Source: Nitrospirae bacterium CG2_30_53_67 (GTDB lineage Bacteria; CG2-30-53-67). From it: DNA of 41,345 nt. Shown piece by piece: positions 31,413-40,816 of this stretch. Position 1 is the stretch's first letter, and each line of letters begins with the position of its first letter. Position numbers and translations under genes: made by a program. Where the stretch lies: assembly GCA_001873285.1 (NCBI GenBank), contig MNYV01000083.1, positions 1 to 41,345 of the forward strand, written 5' to 3'. Under the pieces are notes generated by a model that saw only the letters and a program-made list of their open reading frames with translations, ran no database searches and was not told the DNA's origin.

Positions 31413-32629
31413 AGATAGCCATCTTTACAAACACGTTCAGGCCTTTTGTGGGGGGGGTGACCCGATCGATCGAGACCTTTGTCCGGGAGTATATAGGCCG
31501 AGGTCATCAGGTCCATATCTTTGCCCCAAGTTTTGAGGGGCACAAAGATCAGGAGCCGTGGATCACCCGCGTAGCCGCTATTCCCCGGTTCAACCAGACG
31601 GACTTTTCCCTTCCCCTTCCCTTTTCTTTCAAGGTCCGCTCCATATTTGAAAAGTTCAATCCGGATCTGGTCCATGTCCAGCATCCCTTTTTTTTAGGCG
31701 AGATGGGGATGCATCTGGGAAAGAATCGGGGGATCCCTATCGTTCTGACCTATCACACCCAGTATGAAATGTATTCTCACTATGCCCCTATAGACGCGGA
31801 TCTGGTCAAACGATGGATCATCAATGTATGCACCTCTTTCTGTAATCTCTGCGATCTCATTGTGGCCCCGAGTGATGATATCCGGACGATGCTCATCTCC
31901 AGGGAGGTCAAGACAAGGATCGAGGTCATTCCTACGGGCATAGATCTTTCTTTGTATCGGAATCCGGACAGGCAATGGCTGAGAGAAACCTTCGGCATAA
32001 AAGAGGATGACATGATCCTGGTCCATATCGGGCGGTTGGCCAAAGAAAAAAATCTCGAGTTTCTTTTCAAGTCTGTGGCCAAAGCCATGAGGATTCGCAA
32101 AAACCTCATTTTTTTTATTGCAGGCCTTGGGGATCTTGAGACAGATTTGAGAAAAGCAGCCGATCAGTTTGGGATCCTCCATCGGGTCATCTTTCACGGA
32201 AAGATGAATCCTGAAGAATTGGTCAAAGCCTATGCAGGAGGCGACCTCTTTGTTTTTTCCTCTTTAACGGAAACCCAGGGACTCGTGCTTCTGGAATCCA
32301 TGGCGGCGGGAACGCCGGTAGTGGCTGTGGATGCCCCCGGCGTTCGAGATATCGTCGAAGACGGCGTGAACGGATTTTTAGCGGCAGAGGATTCAGATGC
32401 GTTTTCTGAAAAGATCCTTCTTCTTCTCTCTTCGCCGGAGAAACGGGCCGCTTTTTCCAAGGCCGCCTTAAAAAACGCCGAAGAGCTTTCGTCTTCCAAT
32501 ATGGCCGAGCGCATGTTAAATGAGTATGCTCGACTTCTTCAAAAACCTTCGAGCGCATTGAATCCGGAGATCCATCATTTCAAAATTCTCAAGGGACTTT
32601 TACAGGAGTCGGTCAGGAAAAAAAGTTGA
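31409..32629 (+). CDS. GT4 glycosyltransferase (1,2-diacylglycerol glucosyltransferase-like)
   Basis: MKIAIFTNTFRPFVGGV, HVQHPF, TYHTQYE, IPTGID, GRLAKEKN, ETQGLVLLESMAAG; 4-nt overlap with the upstream gene. Confidence 0.88.
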   Translation: MKIAIFTNTFRPFVGGVTRSIETFVREYIGRGHQVHIFAPSFEGHKDQEPWITRVAAIPRFNQTDFSLPLPFSFKVRSIFEKFNPDLVHVQHPFFLGEMGMHLGKNRGIPIVLTYHTQYEMYSHYAPIDADLVKRWIINVCTSFCNLCDLIVAPSDDIRTMLISREVKTRIEVIPTGIDLSLYRNPDRQWLRETFGIKEDDMILVHIGRLAKEKNLEFLFKSVAKAMRIRKNLIFFIAGLGDLETDLRKAADQFGILHRVIFHGKMNPEELVKAYAGGDLFVFSSLTETQGLVLLESMAAGTPVVAVDAPGVRDIVEDGVNGFLAAEDSDAFSEKILLLLSSPEKRAAFSKAALKNAEELSSSNMAERMLNEYARLLQKPSSALNPEIHHFKILKGLLQESVRKKS

Positions 32630-32904
32630 AAAAATCTCGCGACCTTTTAATACAATTGGTTACTATACCCATTAAGGACGTTGCCGGCATCAAGATCATT
32701 CAGAAAGGAGGTGATCAAGGTTTTTGTTCTTCCTGTTTTCTGTTTTAGAATCTCCTGAAATATCCTTCTCATGACATTGCATAATCTTCTTGCATTCCTC
32801 CTTCTAAAATGAATCTGCCTGCCTTGTTCCCGAGGATCACCGGAGAAGGGAATACAAAGACGCAATAGGGCGTAATCCATCCAATTTAACCAACAAAGAG
32901 GAGT

Positions 32905-33537
32905 ATGCTTATGAACGGTTCTCTGAAAAGACAGATCTGTGCGCTTGTGTTTTGCTTGCTGCTGGTCCGGATTTATCCTGCCTCCGCAGACCTTATCATT
33001 AATGAAATTATGTATGATCCATCGATTGTATCGGATACCTCCGGCGAATGGTTTGAGGTGTTCAATTCCGGCGCCGCTCTTGATCTCCAGGGATATTTCA
33101 TTGACGATGGCGGAGCTTCAAAAATAATTACTGCGCCCCTGGCGATCGGATCAGGAGGTTACCTTGTGTTTGGGCGAAACAACGACCTCAGTAGCAATGG
33201 AGGCGTGCCCGTGGATTATACGGTTAGTTTCAGTCTCGGCAATTCAGGAGATACCCTCTCCATCCTGGATCCGAACGGTGTTCCAATCAACAGTGTCACA
33301 TACGGACCCGGTACAGGGTTCCCCTCAGATACCGGCGCATCCATCTGCTTTACCGGTATCGGAGATAACCATGATGGGGCCAATTGGATCAGCGCCCGAG
33401 ACATCGGAATAACCTACGGGGTTGGAAATTACGGGACACCTGGGGCGCCAAATATGGCGGCTGTTCCCGAACCGTCATCCGTGGTTCTGTTCGGATCCGG
33501 GCTCATAGTCTGGCTGGCTGCAAGACGAAGAAGATAA
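32905..33537 (+). CDS. Secreted lamin-tail-domain protein with PEP-CTERM sorting signal
   Basis: Signal peptide ending ASA-D; LIINEIMYDP..GEWFEVFN, LGNSGD, GTPGAPN; C-terminal VPEPSS, TM segment, RRRR. Confidence 0.88.
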   Translation: MLMNGSLKRQICALVFCLLLVRIYPASADLIINEIMYDPSIVSDTSGEWFEVFNSGAALDLQGYFIDDGGASKIITAPLAIGSGGYLVFGRNNDLSSNGGVPVDYTVSFSLGNSGDTLSILDPNGVPINSVTYGPGTGFPSDTGASICFTGIGDNHDGANWISARDIGITYGVGNYGTPGAPNMAAVPEPSSVVLFGSGLIVWLAARRRR

Positions 33538-33542
33538 GAATT

Positions 33543-33592
33543 TTTCCGGCGCCATCCCCAAGCGCGTTATTTCCACGGGGTGGCGCCGGAAA
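33543..33592. terminator. Hairpin between convergent genes, probable bidirectional terminator
   Basis: tttccggcgccatccc ... ggggtggcgccggaaa, 16-bp stem. Confidence 0.6.
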
Positions 33593-33630
33593 TACAAAGA
33601 TCGGACAAGAATTTTTTTAAGAAACGGGAG

Positions 33631-33993
33631 TCACTTTTTTCGGAGTTCTTTGACCAGGAGATTTATGGCGGCCTTGGAAGACTCATCAAGGTCTTTGAAC
33701 TGGATTCCCATCCCCTCCTTCTCTGTACCCGCCTCTTCTCCAAAGGCCTGTTCCCGGTTCTTTCCTACCCACACCACCTCGCCTGTGGTCTCAATGGGTA
33801 AATCCAGGTTGGGGAGATGAAATTTTAATTGAACGACGGTGCCGATATCCAGAGGGTTGCTGGATTCTAAAAATAGGCCGCCTTCGTTGATGTTGCCGGC
33901 AAAGTTCCATAAAAACTGTTCAACAGTGGAATAATCAATCCGGATCGAAACCGGAGCTCGAGGCGTTCGTCTCTTTTCTTTTTCTCGGTTCAT
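33631..33993 (-). CDS. Stand-alone PilZ domain protein (c-di-GMP receptor, TIGR02266-like)
   Basis: EKRRTPR (RxxxR), NINEGGLFL (NxxxxG), GEVVW, GMGIQF. Confidence 0.88.
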   Translation of the reverse strand: MNREKEKRRTPRAPVSIRIDYSTVEQFLWNFAGNINEGGLFLESSNPLDIGTVVQLKFHLPNLDLPIETTGEVVWVGKNREQAFGEEAGTEKEGMGIQFKDLDESSKAAINLLVKELRKK

Positions 33994-34196
33994 AAAAAAA
34001 TGCTTAATTTTCCCATAAGAGATAAGTCAATGGATATCGCAAGACGTCTGGTCTAAATGTCTCTCCTAAAAGGCCATTTGGAATCAAAACGTATCATATT
34101 TTTCTTTTGATCACAATATCTTTCTTTGTGAAGGAGATTTCATCATGAAGTTGATTTTTGCAGCCCGGTAAAAAAATGCACAAAACAAAGAAGGGA

Positions 34197-34205
34197 TGTT
34201 ATAAT
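34197..34205 (+). promoter_or_regulatory. Extended -10 promoter element of the HEAT/HD-GYP operon
   Basis: TGTTATAAT about 25 nt upstream of GTG 34230, with an AGGAG RBS between them. Confidence 0.5.
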
Positions 34206-34229
34206 TTTAAATAACAGGAGAGATCCGCT

Positions 34230-36179
34230 GTGTACAAACCGACCATGAATGAACAGTTGTATCTTGATGAGATTCAGGGATTTTTAAGGGAGACCTCCGC
34301 CTGTCTGAGGATATTTGCCCTTTATCCGAAGGGGCATCCGGCAAGAGGTCCGGCACTCGAGCGAACGTATAAAAAAATAGAAGACCTTTTAAAGGATCGA
34401 GGTTCTGTTTATTTCGGGGTCTCCGAGGAGGAACTCATCGTCTTTACGGAAGATGAAAAGGAACACCGGCTTGATACGGATCTTGCCGGAAGGCTTCATC
34501 AGCAAGGGATCCTGACCGTCAAGATAGATTCCGGCCTCACGCAGAACGACCTGGGTCTGTTTTTAAGGTGTTTGTCCAGGGCACAGCAGGCCATTTCAGG
34601 AGATCAGAGCATTCGGGAGTCCTTGCAGGAGGCCGGCATCTCTAAAATTTCTCTGACCATGGTCGATTACCGGAAGATATTGGAACAGGAACCCTCGGCA
34701 GCGCCCGATCAGAGTCACACGGATCTCTGGATGGCCCTGATAAGACAGGGGCAAGAAGTCAATGAAGGCGCACTAAGAAAAATGGCGGGATCCTTTCAAG
34801 ATCCTTCCCAATACAGGATATTTCGAACCCGGATCCAGAAAAGCCTTGAAGGTTCATCTGCGGAAGGGACCCCCGACATCTCGAAAACCATGTCTAAAAT
34901 TCAACAAGAGATATTCAGCAGACTGCCTTCTTCAGAACAGGAGACCTTCTCAAAGAACCTTGCCGGCCTGGCCCTTTCCGGAGAACCTGCATCTTCAGGT
35001 TCAAACGGCGGCATGGAGGAGGCCTTGGTGAATTATTCGGATGAGATGCTTCTCCATGTCCTGGCCGGCGCAGTGGTCCTTAAAGGAAAGATAGACAACA
35101 GAATTTCCACGACCTTTCAAAATGTTTTGAAAGACAAAACCAGAGAAGGGTCCCTTCTAAGCATTGCCGATCAATACGCCAAAAAGAAATCCTCTGCCGT
35201 CTATTCCCCGGAGGTCTGGGAACAAATCAGAAAATTTATTCTTTCCGGATCGGAAGATCAATTCATGTCGCATGAATATCATCAGGTCCTCGATCATCTT
35301 CATGCGTATCATCTTGAAGACCTGAGGGAGAGCATCGGCATGGACTATCTGCATGAGGTTCAGTCATCGCTCCATCCGGGCGTTCTTAAACAAATCCGAA
35401 GAGAGATGCTCTGTGACCTTATTTTAGAAGAGACCCGCGAGGACCTGATAGACGGCCCCCTCGCCGAACTTCGGTCTTGTCTTTCTGAATACGCCCGAAA
35501 ACGGGATATGAAGCAGATTTTAAAGACCCTTGAATCCGTTTTTCATCAGGGTGTTCAGATTCCCCCTTTAAAAAAGAAAAAGATGGATGCAGCGCTTGCT
35601 TTAGACGAAGAAAGCGCTTGGATCGCCCCCCTGATTCGCGAGATCGGGAACATGGGGAGTGATGATCTCTCGATGCTGAAAAAAATATTTTCCTACTGCA
35701 GACAGGGACTGCCGGTTTTTTTAGTTCGACAGCTTGGAGAAGAGCGCAGTATTGCAGGAAGGAAAAGGCTTTCCCTCCTCCTTGTTGATATCGGACAGGA
35801 TGCCCTTCCGGCCATTATTCCATCCTTAAGTGACGACCGCTGGTTTCTGGTGCGCAACCTGGTCATGATTCTCGGCAAGATAGGGGATCCCTCCCGCATC
35901 GAGGATCTCGTGCCGCTTTTATACAGCAGGGACTATAGGATCCAGCGTGAGGTTATTTATACCCTATCGTCTTTTGGGAGTGACCGTGCGGTTCATCCTA
36001 TCCGCAAGATCCTCCTGAATCGGAATAACCTGGCAGAACCCCGTCTTCGGACCATCGCGGCACAGGCGCTCAAGCGGATCGGCACACCGAAATCGAGAAA
36101 GGTCCTGCAGGATGGGCTTGAGGACAGGGACAAAAGGGTTCAAGAGATATGCTGTCAGGTCCTGAAAGGGTTGACATGA
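34230..36179 (+). CDS. HEAT-repeat domain protein
   Basis: N-terminal LYPKGHP motif; C-terminal HEAT repeats (DDRWFLVRNLVMILGKIG, AAQALKRIG). Confidence 0.75.
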   Translation: MYKPTMNEQLYLDEIQGFLRETSACLRIFALYPKGHPARGPALERTYKKIEDLLKDRGSVYFGVSEEELIVFTEDEKEHRLDTDLAGRLHQQGILTVKIDSGLTQNDLGLFLRCLSRAQQAISGDQSIRESLQEAGISKISLTMVDYRKILEQEPSAAPDQSHTDLWMALIRQGQEVNEGALRKMAGSFQDPSQYRIFRTRIQKSLEGSSAEGTPDISKTMSKIQQEIFSRLPSSEQETFSKNLAGLALSGEPASSGSNGGMEEALVNYSDEMLLHVLAGAVVLKGKIDNRISTTFQNVLKDKTREGSLLSIADQYAKKKSSAVYSPEVWEQIRKFILSGSEDQFMSHEYHQVLDHLHAYHLEDLRESIGMDYLHEVQSSLHPGVLKQIRREMLCDLILEETREDLIDGPLAELRSCLSEYARKRDMKQILKTLESVFHQGVQIPPLKKKKMDAALALDEESAWIAPLIREIGNMGSDDLSMLKKIFSYCRQGLPVFLVRQLGEERSIAGRKRLSLLLVDIGQDALPAIIPSLSDDRWFLVRNLVMILGKIGDPSRIEDLVPLLYSRDYRIQREVIYTLSSFGSDRAVHPIRKILLNRNNLAEPRLRTIAAQALKRIGTPKSRKVLQDGLEDRDKRVQEICCQVLKGLT

Positions 36180-37618
36180 GCTCGACGGCTAAAACCATGA
36201 CCATACAGGATGCAGGCGTCGATGCCTCTCAAAAGGCAGCCGGGCAGAGCCCTTTTTCTTCAGAGCCTGCGGAGAATCTCGGGAAGGCCTTCTCCTCGCT
36301 CTGCCGTTCCTTCACCCTGTATCCGTCCAACCATCCCCTGATTAAGGATGGAACCCATAGGCTGCTTGAGATTCTGAGGGAGCTGCTTTCCGAGACCGAC
36401 CGGGTGACCGTGGGTTTTTTGGGAAACGACCTGATGGTCCTTGGAAAACAACTGCGCCACATAGAAGGTTCCATACCGGGGCTGAACCGGCTGGTGCAGG
36501 AACGGGGGATTGAAAAGATCGTTTTTCTCTCCGGTGTTGATGAACATGAAATCATTCAATTCTTTTCAGTGTTTTCTGCCGGCAAGGAGAAAGAGCAGGA
36601 TAAACGCCCGGAGAACCGGCTCCGGCAGGGGGAATGGCCCCATATCCTGTCGGGCAGGTTCAAATTTGAGGCATCGGTTGCGGATTTTGGTCAAAGCGGC
36701 GCCTGCCTTGACCTCGACGGGGTCAGCGTGGTTAAAGAGTTCCTGGCATCCTCCCAGGCGCTGGTTTCACAGGCTCGAGAGAAGAATCTGATCGAGTTCG
36801 ATCTGGCCAAGGAGATCATTGAGAATATTCTGAGCGGAATGATCTTGGAGGATGATGCTGTCCCGATTGTCGCCCGGATAAAAAAGCACGACGAATATAC
36901 CTATACGCATATTTTAAATGTATCCACCTTGACCCTGGCCATGGGCCGGATCCTCGGCTTTACACCGCAGCAGCTCAGAGAATTAGGATTGGCCGCCCTG
37001 CTTCACGATACCGGCAAGCTTTTGATTCCCCTGGAGATCCTGCAGAAAGAAGGAGAACTCACGGATGAAGAGTTTGCCGTCATCAAGGAACATCCGGTCC
37101 ATGGCGCCGGCATGCTGATGAAGGTCCCGGGGATGCCGGATATGGTCCCCATTGTGGCCTTTGAACATCATATGTGGTATAACGGAGGTGGCGGATATCC
37201 ACTTATTCACAAAGAGGGCAGTCCCCACCTGTATTCAAGAATGACTTCCATAGCGGATATTTTTGATGCCCTCCGAACGAACCGGGCCTACAGGACCGAA
37301 GTCTCTAAAGAAGAGACCCTGCGGAGGATGTCTGTGATGCAGATCGATCCTTTCCTGTTTAACGTATTTGCCAGGATATCCAACCTCTACCCTGTAGGGG
37401 ACTATGTCAGACTCGATACCGGTGAGATCGGAGTGGTTCACGAGATCCATCCAAGGAACGCCCTCCGGCCTAAGGTCAGAATCCTTTATGATCAAGAGGG
37501 GAACCAGATCGAAACACAGAGGATTTTAAACCTGGCAAATTACGACAAGAATAAAAACCGGTTCATCTCCTCCATTACCTCAAGCCTCTCAGCAGAAGAG
37601 ACCGCCGGACTTTCCTGA
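36176..37618 (+). CDS. HD-GYP domain phosphodiesterase
   Basis: HDEYTYTH, LLHDTGK, IKEHP, EHH, GGYP, ADIFDAL, R.YR; N-terminal LYPSNHP motif; ATGA overlap with the HEAT gene. Confidence 0.9.
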   Translation: MSSTAKTMTIQDAGVDASQKAAGQSPFSSEPAENLGKAFSSLCRSFTLYPSNHPLIKDGTHRLLEILRELLSETDRVTVGFLGNDLMVLGKQLRHIEGSIPGLNRLVQERGIEKIVFLSGVDEHEIIQFFSVFSAGKEKEQDKRPENRLRQGEWPHILSGRFKFEASVADFGQSGACLDLDGVSVVKEFLASSQALVSQAREKNLIEFDLAKEIIENILSGMILEDDAVPIVARIKKHDEYTYTHILNVSTLTLAMGRILGFTPQQLRELGLAALLHDTGKLLIPLEILQKEGELTDEEFAVIKEHPVHGAGMLMKVPGMPDMVPIVAFEHHMWYNGGGGYPLIHKEGSPHLYSRMTSIADIFDALRTNRAYRTEVSKEETLRRMSVMQIDPFLFNVFARISNLYPVGDYVRLDTGEIGVVHEIHPRNALRPKVRILYDQEGNQIETQRILNLANYDKNKNRFISSITSSLSAEETAGLS

Positions 37619-37628
37619 ACAGGACCTC

Positions 37629-38540
37629 TCAACCAGATCCACTCGAACTTGCAGTCTGGATCATCGCGCCGACCCATCTCATCAGGTGGGACACGGTTTT
37701 TTCCGTAGAAGATGAGATGGTTCCTTCCTCATGGTCTGTGACGTTAAAGACGCCGACGGTCCTGGTATCATCTTTTACCGGAATACAAAGAAAGGCCTTG
37801 GTTTGATAACGCGTCAAGGTCTGGTCGTGCGGGACAAAAGCCGATGGTTGATCCTGATCAACGGTTCCATTGCATAGATAAGCCCGCCCCTCTCGAGCGA
37901 CCCATGAAGAGATGGAATGGTCGCTGAGGGGGCGCCTTAAGCCGACAATTTTTTTATTGGTCGCGGCCTTGACCACGATCTCGTTTCTCTCGGGATTGAG
38001 AAGCATCAGGGAAAGGGTTGAGGCGCGGATATAGTTTTTAAGGATGTCGACGATTTGAGTGTATTTTTCATGCTCGGATAATTGCCTGTTGCACATGATT
38101 TTGGCGGCCTGGAAGGCAAAAGCCGCCTCGCGTTCAGCGCGCTTTAAGGCATTTTCTTTTTCCTGGCAGGTTTTTTTTCTTTCCAGCAGGGTTCTTACGG
38201 TTTGTACAAAGTCCTCATTTTTATAAGGTTTGATGATCAACCGGTGTGCCTCCACTTGGTTGATGGCCGAGAGGATGGTGTTCAGTTCGGCGTAAGCGGT
38301 CAGGACAATGCGGATTTTATCAGGGTATTTCTCCTTGACCATGGAAAGGAGTTCTATCCCGGATATGCCGGGCATCCTTTCATCGGAAACTACGACATCC
38401 ACATCTTCCCGGGAAAGGATCTTGATGGCATCCTCACCGCTTAAGGCGGTGAGGGTCTGGAATCCTTCTCGAGAAAAAACCGCCTGCAGGGCTTTTAAGA
38501 TGACCGCTTCATCGTCCACGAAAAGAATGGTATTCCCCAT
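37629..38540 (-). CDS. Response regulator receiver plus C-terminal GAF domain protein
   Basis: ILFVDDE, VVSDERMPGISG, LTAY, KP; GAF features LSLMLL, SWVAREG, FLCIPV, VGVFNV; GGAGG RBS supports ATG 38540. Confidence 0.85.
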   Translation of the reverse strand: MGNTILFVDDEAVILKALQAVFSREGFQTLTALSGEDAIKILSREDVDVVVSDERMPGISGIELLSMVKEKYPDKIRIVLTAYAELNTILSAINQVEAHRLIIKPYKNEDFVQTVRTLLERKKTCQEKENALKRAEREAAFAFQAAKIMCNRQLSEHEKYTQIVDILKNYIRASTLSLMLLNPERNEIVVKAATNKKIVGLRRPLSDHSISSWVAREGRAYLCNGTVDQDQPSAFVPHDQTLTRYQTKAFLCIPVKDDTRTVGVFNVTDHEEGTISSSTEKTVSHLMRWVGAMIQTASSSGSG

Positions 38541-38986
38541 GTCGACCCCTCCTTTGGCAGAGTGCAACGGTTTGTCTGAGAATCGGTTCTCTTCCATATA
38601 AACCATTGAGTACCAGAGAGATGTTTTTTTCGTCCTGAATCATGGTTCCTGCGTCCCGCAGTGGAAAGATGCCTGATGGATCCATGCTGCATGCCGTATC
38701 TAAAAACCCAAGAGGGCCTCTTAGCCCAAGTAATGAAAAACATAGCGTTTTTTTACAAGGCAGATGTTCTTGAAATTTAAAACACCGCCCTGAAGTTTTA
38801 AATTGAAGGGTAGTTCTTTGTAATTATTTTCATTAATATACCATAATGTTTTCTGTTTGCAAGTGAAATCATGTTTTTTTTTAGGCAGGATGAAGCCGTA
38901 CGCCTGCTCATTTTGCATGCAGGCCCGAACAGACCAACCCCTCCCCAGGGAGACAAGATGGTTTCCTGTCTGAAGAATCCGGCAGG

Positions 38987-39079
38987 TTACAAGATCGGGA
39001 TACAGGGAACGTTCGGTTTCAGGCAGCAGGCCGCAATCATGATCAACAGGAACAGGATCAGCCACAAACGGTATTTCAT
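38987..39079 (-). CDS. Putative 30-aa lipoprotein (MKYRLWLILFLLIMIAACCLKPNVPCIPIL); below the ORF-track cutoff
   Basis: GGAGG RBS 5 nt before the ATG; basic N-region, hydrophobic core, lipobox IAA-C; TAA stop at 38987-38989. Confidence 0.55.
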   Translation of the reverse strand: MKYRLWLILFLLIMIAACCLKPNVPCIPIL

Positions 39080-39122
39080 GGATGCCTCCGCTTTGACGGG
39101 ATGATGGTTGAAGACTCCCTTA

Positions 39123-39285
39123 GTGGCCCTATTCGTAAATACGGTGGCATTCGAGGGTCGTAGGGCGGTCGGATCAAAGTTCCGCTCCTTGCGGCGTACC
39201 AGAGGGGTACGCGCTGAGTCGCGCGCCTTGATGAGACCGCCCTACGACCCTCTCGGTACGTCACCATATTTACGAACAGGACCAC
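39123..39285. mobile_element. MITE copy C (163 bp)
   Basis: Same TIRs as copy A; TTA at 39120-39122 and 39286-39288; internal perfect 18-bp inverted repeat GAGGGTCGTAGGGCGGTC / GACCGCCCTACGACCCTC. Confidence 0.88.
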
Positions 39286-39315
39286 TTAGACTCGTCGGTC
39301 AGGGATGGATCCTCT

Positions 39316-40080
39316 TCAAAGTCTTACTGCAACCCCCCGGGATCGAAGATATTCCTTGACCGCTCTTACTGTATATTCACGGTAATGAAAGATCGAAGCG
39401 GCGAGTACGGCATCGGCCATCCCCTCTTTGATTCCGTCGTAGAGATGCTCAAGGGCGCCCACTCCGCCCGAAGCGATGAGCGGGATTCCGGTCCTCTCTG
39501 CGATGGCCCGGTTCAGTTCATTATCGTATCCGTCTCTTGTCCCGTCCCGGTCCATACTGGTGACCAGGAATTCCCCGGCCCCCATGGCCTCCATCTTGCC
39601 TGCCCACTCCAGGGCATCGATTCCCGTGGGATTTCTCCCGCCGTGGGTGTAGATCTCCCATGCCGCAGGAGTATCCGTAACCCTCTTGGCATCAATGGCC
39701 ACGACGATACATTGACTGCCGAAACGCTTGGAGGCCTCGCGGATGAATTCCGGACGTTTTACAGCGGCTGTATTGATCGAGACCTTGTCGGCCCCGGCGT
39801 TTAAAAGCGCTCGGATATGATCCAGCGTTGAGATTCCGCCGCCTACGGTTAACGGCATAAAGACCTCCTCGGCGGTACGCGCGACCACGTCGAGGATGAT
39901 CCCCCTTTTTTCATGGGAGGCCGTGATGTCGAGGAACGCCAGCTCGTCGGCCCCCTGTTTGTCATACAGGCGGGCTGTTTCCACAGGATCTCCCGCGTCC
40001 TTAAGGCCTAAGAATTTGATTCCCTTGACCACCCGGCCCTCTTTGACATCGAGACATGGGATGATGCGTTTAGCCAGCAC
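39316..40080 (-). CDS. hisF: Imidazole glycerol phosphate synthase cyclase subunit
   Basis: [58 protein letters not shown]. Confidence 0.97.
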   Translation of the reverse strand: MLAKRIIPCLDVKEGRVVKGIKFLGLKDAGDPVETARLYDKQGADELAFLDITASHEKRGIILDVVARTAEEVFMPLTVGGGISTLDHIRALLNAGADKVSINTAAVKRPEFIREASKRFGSQCIVVAIDAKRVTDTPAAWEIYTHGGRNPTGIDALEWAGKMEAMGAGEFLVTSMDRDGTRDGYDNELNRAIAERTGIPLIASGGVGALEHLYDGIKEGMADAVLAASIFHYREYTVRAVKEYLRSRGVAVRL

Positions 40081-40084
40081 GGGT

Positions 40085-40816
40085 CTATCCTCCTCTCTTG
40101 GTCAAGGCCATGGCCTCTCTCAAATCCAGAGCGCCGGTGTAGAGCGCCCTTCCTGTAATGGCGCCGATGACCCCGCAGGGCTCAATCCGCATTAAGGCCC
40201 GGACGTCCTCAAGAGAGGAGATCCCCCCGGAGGCGATGACCGGGATGGAAATGGACTCGGCGAGGGCCCGGGTGCTTTCGATGTTCGGGCCGGTCTGCAT
40301 CCCGTCACGATGAATGTCCGTAAAAATCACGGCTGAGACCCCCTGTCCCTGGATCTCTCGGGCAAGATCCGTGGCCGGCCGTTCGGTGACCTTTGTCCAT
40401 CCGTGTACGGCCACGTATCCGTTCCTGGCATCGATGCCTGCGAGGATCTTTCCGGGAAATCTCCGGCAGGCCTCGGTGAGAAAATCAGGATCTTCCACGG
40501 CGCGTGTTCCGATCACCACACGCATGGCGCCCGCACGGATATAAGAGTCGATCGTCTCCAGGCTGCGGATGCCCCCTCCCACCTCGACCGGCATGAAAAG
40601 CCCCTTGACCATTTCCTGGATCAGATCCAGATTTTTAGGCGTCCCTTCAACCGCTCCGTCGAGGTCCACCAGATGCAGAAGCTCGGCGCCGAGCTTCTCC
40701 CAGCGCCTGGCCATCTGTAAAGGGTTGTCCGAATAAACCGTCTCCTGATCCATGTTCCCCTGGACCAGGCGGACACATTTACCGTTCTTGAGGTCAATGG
40801 CCGGAATCACGATCAT
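40085..40816 (-). CDS. hisA: ProFAR isomerase
   Basis: [49 protein letters not shown]. Confidence 0.97.
   Translation of the reverse strand: MIVIPAIDLKNGKCVRLVQGNMDQETVYSDNPLQMARRWEKLGAELLHLVDLDGAVEGTPKNLDLIQEMVKGLFMPVEVGGGIRSLETIDSYIRAGAMRVVIGTRAVEDPDFLTEACRRFPGKILAGIDARNGYVAVHGWTKVTERPATDLAREIQGQGVSAVIFTDIHRDGMQTGPNIESTRALAESISIPVIASGGISSLEDVRALMRIEPCGVIGAITGRALYTGALDLREAMALTKRGG

Noticed and set aside
32650..32900. sigma54 promoter upstream of the PEP-CTERM gene
   Set aside because: I found no convincing GG-N10-GC (TGGCAC-N5-TTGC) match.
38630..38720. GGGACGCAGG segment upstream of the REC-GAF gene as a c-di-GMP-I riboswitch
   Set aside because: The GGCAAAC motif and the GNRA-capped P2 stem are missing; a cmscan would settle it.
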